Positions 58,225 through 64,000 of a stretch of DNA of 64,000 bases are shown piece by piece. The DNA is from a bacterium (GTDB lineage: Bacteria; Krumholzibacteriota; Krumholzibacteriia; LZORAL124-64-63). Under the pieces are notes generated by a model. That model was not told the DNA's origin. It saw nothing but the letters and a program-made list of their open reading frames with translations, and did no database searches. The stretch spans positions 9,996 through 73,995 of the forward strand of contig JAHJTW010000183.1 in assembly GCA_018829565.1 (NCBI GenBank). Reading direction: 5' to 3'. Numbering within the stretch: position 1 is the stretch's first letter; each line of letters starts with the position of its first letter. A program made the position numbers and the translations under genes.

Positions 58225-59408
58225 GGCCGGAATCCTTCCTGGTTGCGGTCGCCATGGGCCGGGGCGGATTCGGCCGCCCCGGCCAGGAACTCGTCGAACT
58301 CGCCGATCAGGCGCTCCCAGCAGAACGGATCCACGTCCAGATCGAGGGAACAGACATGGCCGCGGGCGTCGCCGCCGATCAGATCGGCGAGGAGATCGAT
58401 GAACTCCTCCTGGTTATCATAGAAGTGGTCCCCTCGGCAACGGGAAGCGTAGAGGGAGGGGTAGACCTGCCGCCGAGGCAAGACCGGATAGCAGCCCGCG
58501 TGGACGGCTTCGGCCACGGCGATCCCGAAATATTCCTGGTCGGCGCAGCTGACGACGATGTCCCCGGATTCGAGCAGGGCGTCGTAATCTGCACGGGATG
58601 GCAGATGGCCGAAGGCCACGCAGCGCTCCCCCAGCCGGTCGCGCAGGGGCAGGAAAACCTCCTCGTTGCCGGCCGTCTCCCCCAGCAGGGCGACCTCGAA
58701 ATCGAGCCCGCGGTCGAGCAGGGCCTCCACGGCGGCGACGAAATCCCCGGGGCGCTTGTCGAATTCCCAGCGATGGTTCCAGATCAGGCGGTGCCGCTTC
58801 CCCCGGGGCCAGGGCAGGCCCGCTCCGGGTTCGCAAGCGCCCCCGCGGTAGAAAGCGAAGCGGTCCGACGCGAGGGGCTTCCGATCCAGACCCACCGGCA
58901 AGACCCGGCAGCGGGGGGCCAGACGCTCGGCCACCCGCCGGGGAACCGCCTCGGGCATCTTGTTCAGGAAGACCGGCACGGCGTCCAGGAAGAGATCCCG
59001 GTGCCAGGCCGAGTTGAATACGACGTGATCGGACGCCAGGGCGCTGATGATGTTGGTGAACCCGAAGTGGAAGTCGAATTCCTCCTGGGGGCTCAGCGGA
59101 TAGGTGAGCTGGTTCTCGTGCATGTACAGGACGATGGGCGCCCTGTCCAGCGGCGGATGCAGCAGACCCTTCAGGTCGGCGACGTTCAGGAAGCCGGTGA
59201 CCAGGAGCAGGTCGACCCTGCGGGGGGGGCCTTCGTTGATCCGGTCGGCGAAGGTTGCCGCAGCCCCGCGCATCCTCCACTTCCAGAACCGGCCGGGCAT
59301 CGTCAGGCAGTCGATGCGGTGTCGCGAGCGCCCCGCGAGCCCTTCCCTGAAAGCCTTGTGGGAGCCCCCGTCGAAAGGTTCGATGAACAGGATGTCCTTT
59401 ATCTCCAA
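58221..59408 (-). CDS. GTDC1/QTMAN-family glycosyltransferase (DUF3524 N-domain + GT4 C-domain)
   Basis: FIEPFDGGSHKAF, WKWRMRG, YMHENQLTYP and VVFNS blocks align closely with human GTDC1 (tRNA-queuosine alpha-mannosyltransferase). TTG start at 59408 preceded by AAGGAG; alternative ATG at 59498. Confidence 0.7.
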   Translation of the reverse strand: MEIKDILFIEPFDGGSHKAFREGLAGRSRHRIDCLTMPGRFWKWRMRGAAATFADRINEGPPRRVDLLLVTGFLNVADLKGLLHPPLDRAPIVLYMHENQLTYPLSPQEEFDFHFGFTNIISALASDHVVFNSAWHRDLFLDAVPVFLNKMPEAVPRRVAERLAPRCRVLPVGLDRKPLASDRFAFYRGGACEPGAGLPWPRGKRHRLIWNHRWEFDKRPGDFVAAVEALLDRGLDFEVALLGETAGNEEVFLPLRDRLGERCVAFGHLPSRADYDALLESGDIVVSCADQEYFGIAVAEAVHAGCYPVLPRRQVYPSLYASRCRGDHFYDNQEEFIDLLADLIGGDARGHVCSLDLDVDPFCWERLIGEFDEFLAGAAESAPAHGDRNQEGFRP

Positions 59409-59647
59409 CGCTCCCAACTCCTTGGATCGACCTGGGAAGATCCTTGCCAACGGGGAGATTCCTTCAAAAAACCTGTCATATTGAAGATAATCCATGGTTC
59501 CCGTATAATTATCCAGCTTGATTTCGTCATCCTGAATCGCCCGAAAGCCCTCGCTGCTTTCATCCATCCGATCCGGGACCTCTTGTCATCCGGCGCGTCG
59601 TGGAGCGCCCGGGAATTCGTGGACCATTGTGAGGGGGAAGACCCACC

Positions 59648-62600
59648 ATGAAACGAATCGCGCTGCTCGCCCTGGCGGCCCTTTCTCTGTCGGCGATCCT
59701 GTCCTTCGGGGCCGCCGCCCAGCCCTACGAAAACGCTTCGGTGGTGGGCCAGGTGCCCGACCGCGTCGTCCTCCTGCTGAAACCCGGTGTCGCGATGACC
59801 GGCGACAAGGCCGCCGGCTCCTCCCGGGTCGAGGTGCCCGCCCTCGAGGCCCTGGCCGAGCGCTTCCAGGTCAAGGGCATGGAGCAGCTTTACGGCGGGA
59901 TGACCGCCAAGCTGGCCGACAAGAGCATCCGCGACGAGGCCGAACGCTACGTCGCCGTCGACTTCCCGGCGGAGATGGGCCTGCATCGCGTCCAGGCCGC
60001 CTTCGCGGCCCGTCCCGAGGTCGAGAAGGTCATGCTGGTGGACATCTGCCGGAACTACGCCTACCTGCCCAATGATCCGGGCCTGTCGGGTTCCCAGTGG
60101 TACGTCCGGAACCTGAACCTCAGCGGCGGCGACACCCGGGCCGTGGGCGCCTGGAACGAGACCCTGGGCGATTCCAACGTCGTGGTGGCCGTGGTCGACT
60201 CCGGGGTGGACTGGAACCATCCCGATCTTGGCGGCCCCCACCCCGACAGGGTCAACGGCGCCATCCGGACCAACTGGGCCGAGTATTACGGGAACCCGGG
60301 AGTCGATGACGACAGCAACGGCAAGATCGACGACATCCGCGGCTGGGACTTCGTGAACGTGCCCGGCCAGGGCTACCCCGACGAGGACGATGCGACGCCC
60401 GACAACGATCCCATGGACTACGAAAGTCACGGCACCGCCATCGCGGGGATGGTGGCCGGCATCGGCAACAACGGCATCGGCGTGGCCGGCGTGGCCCACG
60501 GCTGCAAGATCCTGCCCGTGCGCGTCGGCTGGCTGCCCGACGGGGAAAGCCTGGGCGTGGTGCGGATGGACTTCGCCTCCCAGGGCATGATCTACGCCTC
60601 GGGCAACGGCGCCGACGCGATCAACTGCAGCTGGGGCTCGACCTCCTTCCTGTCGTTCGCCGTCAGCACCGCCACCAGCGCGGGCGTGGCGATCTTCACC
60701 GCCGCCGGCAACGACAACACCGACAGCGATCCCGGCAACGGCGTGCCCTCCTACCTGTCGACCCATCCGGACGTGATCGCGGTCGCGGCCACCAACAGCA
60801 GCGACGGCAAGGCCTCCTTCTCGAATTACGGCACCTGGGTCGAGGTCTCCGCACCGGGGGCGGGCATCTACACGACCTGGTACAGCTACGTCACGCAGAC
60901 CCGCGGCTACAGCACCGTCGACGGCACCAGCTTCGCCTCCCCCATCGCCGCGGCCTGCTACGCCTTGATCAAGTCCGGCACCGGCGGCAACCGCACGACC
61001 TGCCTCGGACTCCTGTTGAACAACTGCGACGACATCGACGCCTTGAACCCCGCCTATGCCGGATTGCTGGGCAACGGCAGGGTCAACCTGCTGAAGGCCC
61101 TCGGCGACAACGTCCACCTGTATCCGGACGAATTCCCCACCTTGTACGACGCCCTCCACAGCGGTGCGGCCGGTGATACCATCAAGGTGGCGAACACTGC
61201 TCCCCTGGTCGGGCCGGTGACCATCGACGAGCGGGGCCTGGTCATCTACGGCGGTTATGACGCCTCGTTCACCACGCGCGATCCCGCCGGCTCCCCCACG
61301 GTCATCGACGGCAGCCTCAGCTCCACCGTCATGAGGTTCTCGAGCGGCACGGGTTCCGACACCGTGGTCGACGGTTTCAAGCTCGTCGGAGGCGGCGGCC
61401 AGGACTACAGCGGCATCCCCTACACCGCCCGCTACGGCGGCGGCCTGATCGTCAAGGACGCCTCTCCGGTCCTCCGCAACCTCGAGATCACCGGCTGCAG
61501 CGTCGGCCTTTCCAGCCAGCTCGGCTGCGGCGGCGGCATCATGCTGGTGAACTCGGACTCCTACCTGGAGAACGTCTGGATCCACGGCAACACGGGGATC
61601 TACGGGGCCGGGGTGTTCGTCTACGACAGCAACCCCACCCTGATCGACTGCACCATCGAGGACAACGTCTCGCGCAACGACAACCTCAGCTACGCCCCGC
61701 TGGGCGGCGGCATCCACGTCCTGGACAGCAACCTGTACCTCAGCGGCTGCGTCATCGACGGCCATGCCGACCTGAACAACGGGGGCGGCGTCTACGCCGC
61801 GGGCGTGGGCGCCAGCACCAGCCTCACCATGACCGGCGGATCCGTCAGCGGCAACAGCGCCCTGAACAACGGGGGCGGCATCTATCTCAGCGGCGGCCAG
61901 GCCGACCTGTTCGGGGTGACCATCTCCGACAACACCAAGCTGCCTGCGAGCTCCCTGATGAACGGCGGAGGCATCTACGCCAACGGGACGCTCTTCAGCG
62001 CGGACAGCCTGACCTGCACCGGCAACCAGGCGACCTTCGGCGGCGGGTTGTACCTGACCAGCTGCAGTTCGGCCAGCCTCTCCCGGTCCCTGGTCGCCGG
62101 CAACACGGGCAGCTTCCTGGCCGGGGGCCTGAGCTACCAGAACAACGCCGCCGGCTCGCTCTCGGCCAACACCTTCGCCGGCAACGCAGGGACCAGCTTC
62201 GGGGCCGGAGGCATCCAGGTCACCGGAACCTCCCCCGACATGAGCAACAACCTGGTGGCCTTCAACACCGGCGGGACCAACTACGCCAACGGCGTGGCCG
62301 TGGTGTCGGTCCCTCCCTCCTTCCTCTGCAACGACGTCTTCGGGAACGCGGGCGCGGACTATTCCGGGATGACCGATCCCACGGGCACCGGCGGCAACAT
62401 CTCCGCCGATCCCCTGTTCTGCGACGCCGGCGGCGGCGACTACCGGATCGGCGCAGGGTCCCCCTGCGCCCCGGCCAACAGCGGCGGTTGCGACCTGATC
62501 GGCGCCCTCGGCGTGTGCGCCGCCTCGCCGGTTCCCGGCGACGGCGAGACGCCGCTGGCCTTCCGGTTGGACAAGAACTTCCCCAACCCGTTCAACCCCC

Positions 62601-62833
62601 GAACCACGATCCGCTTCGCCCTGCCTGAGGCCGGCCGGACCCGCGTCGTCGTTTTCGATGTGGCCGGCCGCCAGGTCAAGACCCTGGTCGACGAGGATCT
62701 CTCCGCCCAGGTCCATTCGGTGATCTGGAACGGGGACGACGACCGCGGCCGCACGGTCGCCGCCGGAGTCTATTTCTACATGGTGACCAGCGGGGACGAC
62801 ACCTCCGTGGGCCGGATGGCCCTCGTGAAGTAG
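59648..62833 (+). CDS. Secreted S8-family subtilisin-like serine peptidase with beta-helix repeats and a T9SS/FlgD-Ig-like C-terminal sorting domain
   Basis: Signal peptide. Catalytic D (VAVVDSGVD), H (ESHGTAIAG), S (GTSFASPIAA). C-terminal NPFNPRTTIRF…AGVYFY motif. Confidence 0.85.
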   Translation: MKRIALLALAALSLSAILSFGAAAQPYENASVVGQVPDRVVLLLKPGVAMTGDKAAGSSRVEVPALEALAERFQVKGMEQLYGGMTAKLADKSIRDEAERYVAVDFPAEMGLHRVQAAFAARPEVEKVMLVDICRNYAYLPNDPGLSGSQWYVRNLNLSGGDTRAVGAWNETLGDSNVVVAVVDSGVDWNHPDLGGPHPDRVNGAIRTNWAEYYGNPGVDDDSNGKIDDIRGWDFVNVPGQGYPDEDDATPDNDPMDYESHGTAIAGMVAGIGNNGIGVAGVAHGCKILPVRVGWLPDGESLGVVRMDFASQGMIYASGNGADAINCSWGSTSFLSFAVSTATSAGVAIFTAAGNDNTDSDPGNGVPSYLSTHPDVIAVAATNSSDGKASFSNYGTWVEVSAPGAGIYTTWYSYVTQTRGYSTVDGTSFASPIAAACYALIKSGTGGNRTTCLGLLLNNCDDIDALNPAYAGLLGNGRVNLLKALGDNVHLYPDEFPTLYDALHSGAAGDTIKVANTAPLVGPVTIDERGLVIYGGYDASFTTRDPAGSPTVIDGSLSSTVMRFSSGTGSDTVVDGFKLVGGGGQDYSGIPYTARYGGGLIVKDASPVLRNLEITGCSVGLSSQLGCGGGIMLVNSDSYLENVWIHGNTGIYGAGVFVYDSNPTLIDCTIEDNVSRNDNLSYAPLGGGIHVLDSNLYLSGCVIDGHADLNNGGGVYAAGVGASTSLTMTGGSVSGNSALNNGGGIYLSGGQADLFGVTISDNTKLPASSLMNGGGIYANGTLFSADSLTCTGNQATFGGGLYLTSCSSASLSRSLVAGNTGSFLAGGLSYQNNAAGSLSANTFAGNAGTSFGAGGIQVTGTSPDMSNNLVAFNTGGTNYANGVAVVSVPPSFLCNDVFGNAGADYSGMTDPTGTGGNISADPLFCDAGGGDYRIGAGSPCAPANSGGCDLIGALGVCAASPVPGDGETPLAFRLDKNFPNPFNPRTTIRFALPEAGRTRVVVFDVAGRQVKTLVDEDLSAQVHSVIWNGDDDRGRTVAAGVYFYMVTSGDDTSVGRMALVK

Positions 62834-62855
62834 CCCGTCTCTCTTTGCATCCCAA

Positions 62856-62889
62856 GACGACCGCCGGGCCCGGGTCCGGCGGTCGTTCG
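62856..62889 (+). terminator. Terminator-like hairpin (GACGACCGCCGG-gcccgg-gtCCGGCGGTCGT) after the peptidase gene
   Basis: 11/12-bp stem. Weak T-tract. Confidence 0.4.
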
Positions 62890-62969
62890 TTGCGGGGCGT
62901 CGGGGCGTTGGCGTTCCGCCCCCGGTGGGTTAGATTTCCGGCAGGCTTCGACCCCTCCAAGGAGAAACC

Positions 62970-63335
62970 ATGGCCACCAAGCCCAGCAAGATCCTCGAGG
63001 TCTTCGACAATCCCAATCCCGAGCGGGACTACGAGATCGAGTTCGACTGCCCGGAGTTCACCTGTCTGTGTCCCCTGACGGGCCAGCCCGACTTCGCCCA
63101 CTTCAAGATCACCTACGTCCCCGGCGAGAAGTGCGTCGAACTCAAGTCCCTGAAACTCTACCTGTGGTCCTACCGCAACGAGGGCGCCTTCCACGAGAAG
63201 GTCACCAACCTGATCCTCGACGACCTGGTGGCCGCGACCAGGCCGCGCCTGATGGAAGTGCGGGGAGAATGGTTCGTGCGCGGCGGCATCACCACCGTGG
63301 TGACGGCCAGCCACCACGATGAGGACTGGGAATAG
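62970..63335 (+). CDS. queF: NADPH-dependent 7-cyano-7-deazaguanine (preQ0) reductase
   Basis: Type I QueF size (121 aa). E…[16 protein letters not shown] motif. RBS AAGGAGAAACC. Confidence 0.9.
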   Translation: MATKPSKILEVFDNPNPERDYEIEFDCPEFTCLCPLTGQPDFAHFKITYVPGEKCVELKSLKLYLWSYRNEGAFHEKVTNLILDDLVAATRPRLMEVRGEWFVRGGITTVVTASHHDEDWE

Positions 63336-63341
63336 GATCCC

Positions 63342-64000
63342 TCAATCCAGGACGATGGGCACCGGCCGGCCGCACGAAGGGCAGGCCGGTTTCCCCTGGA
63401 GGCGGGACTCCGCATGGAAACCCGTCCGCGCGATCAGCGTGAAGCCGCAGCCGGGACACACGGTGTCGCTCCCCTCGGCGGCCTTCAGGTTCCCCAGATA
63501 GACCCAGGGCAGGACTTTCCGGGCGATCCCGTACGCGCGCCGCAGGGTTTCCGGCGGCGTGGCCGGGGCCTTCATCTTCCAGGCCGGGTGGTAGGCGCTG
63601 AAGTGCAGGGGGATTTCGGGATCGAGGTCGGCGACCCAGTCCACCAGGTCGTTGATCTGCTCGTCCGCGTCGTTGTGGCCGGGGATGACCAGGTTGGTCA
63701 GTTCGATGTGGACCCCCGCGGCGTGGAACTGCCGGATCGCGTCCAGCACCGGCCCGAGCCTGGCCCTGCAGATGCGCCGGTAGAACCTGTCCTCCATGGA
63801 CTTCAGGTCGATGTTGGCCGCATCGATCAAAGGCAGCAATCCGGCCAGGGGCTCCTCGTTCAGGAATCCGTTGGTGACCAGGACGTTCTTCAGCCCGGCC
63901 GCCCGGGCGAGGGACGCCGTATCCCTCACGAACTCGTACCAGACCAGGGGTTCGCTGTAGGTGAACGCCAGCCCCACGCCGCCGGAGCGCAGGGCGGCGT
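63342..64000 (-). CDS. Radical SAM protein, AmmeMemoRadiSam/PflA-like (N-terminus lies beyond the window end)
   Basis: C-terminal Cys-ribbon CPGCGFTLIARTGF…CPSCG typical of AmmeMemoRadiSam-system radical SAM enzymes. The frame is open to the window edge. Confidence 0.55.
   Translation of the reverse strand, partial: AALRSGGVGLAFTYSEPLVWYEFVRDTASLARAAGLKNVLVTNGFLNEEPLAGLLPLIDAANIDLKSMEDRFYRRICRARLGPVLDAIRQFHAAGVHIELTNLVIPGHNDADEQINDLVDWVADLDPEIPLHFSAYHPAWKMKAPATPPETLRRAYGIARKVLPWVYLGNLKAAEGSDTVCPGCGFTLIARTGFHAESRLQGKPACPSCGRPVPIVLD

Noticed and set aside
63068-63322. Overlapping 84-aa ORF within queF
   Set aside because: The queF frame carries the diagnostic CPEF…CPLTGQPDF motif.

Overview
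This is a 64-kb window of about 70% GC bacterial chromosome, almost fully coding, with many overlapping or abutting start and stop codons. The organism is probably from the FCB group or Gemmatimonadota-like candidate phyla: a subtilase carries a T9SS/FlgD-Ig-type C-terminal sorting domain, and TPR lipoproteins are abundant. I found no rRNA, tRNA, CRISPR array, transposase or integrase.

Housekeeping blocks I can support:
- A pyrimidine operon on the minus strand, pyrR-pyrB-pyrC-[TPR lipoprotein]-pyrK-pyrD, with a PyrR-type attenuator hairpin in the leader.
- A glycogen/galactose block, glgC-[CheY-like receiver]-[PAS/GAF histidine kinase]-glgA-galT.
- A nucleotide-sugar block: SDR epimerase/dehydratase, sugar 6-dehydrogenase, DegT aminotransferase, then a HemC-like gene.
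- A detox-like cluster: cupin, flavin reductase, EEP nuclease/phosphatase, P-loop NTPase, nitroreductase, VOC.
- A ClC channel, an M16 peptidase, dusB, cdaA, queF, a GT4 glycosyltransferase and a carbon-nitrogen hydrolase.

Non-routine observations, in rough order of interest:
1. A lower-GC 1.4-kb cassette (24294-25804) is bounded by about 77-bp direct repeats, each containing a perfect hairpin. It carries its own canonical sigma70 promoter and encodes a secreted beta-helix protein with a G10 tract inside the coding sequence.
2. Convergent with cdaA is a two-gene operon: an excisionase-family HTH followed by a STAS-acidic linker-HD-GYP (GFP variant) protein. Upstream on the same strand are a hypothetical gene and a two-TM MCP-like protein ending in three tandem DLDEFGA motifs. 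This may be an undescribed cyclic-nucleotide signalling module.
3. The HemC-like protein lacks the cofactor cysteine, has a roughly 90-residue poly-acidic tail, and is translationally coupled to the sugar aminotransferase.
4. A GTDC1/QTMAN-family (DUF3524) glycosyltransferase sits with HAD and alpha/beta-hydrolase genes about 3.4 kb from queF.
5. An orphan octaheme c-type cytochrome lies next to a secreted protein built from six 45-bp in-frame Gly-rich repeats.
6. Several perfect palindromes sit in divergent promoter regions, and G10/C10 homopolymer tracts flank cdaA.

Many long opposite-strand or out-of-frame ORFs in the supplied track are high-GC artefacts and were rejected.
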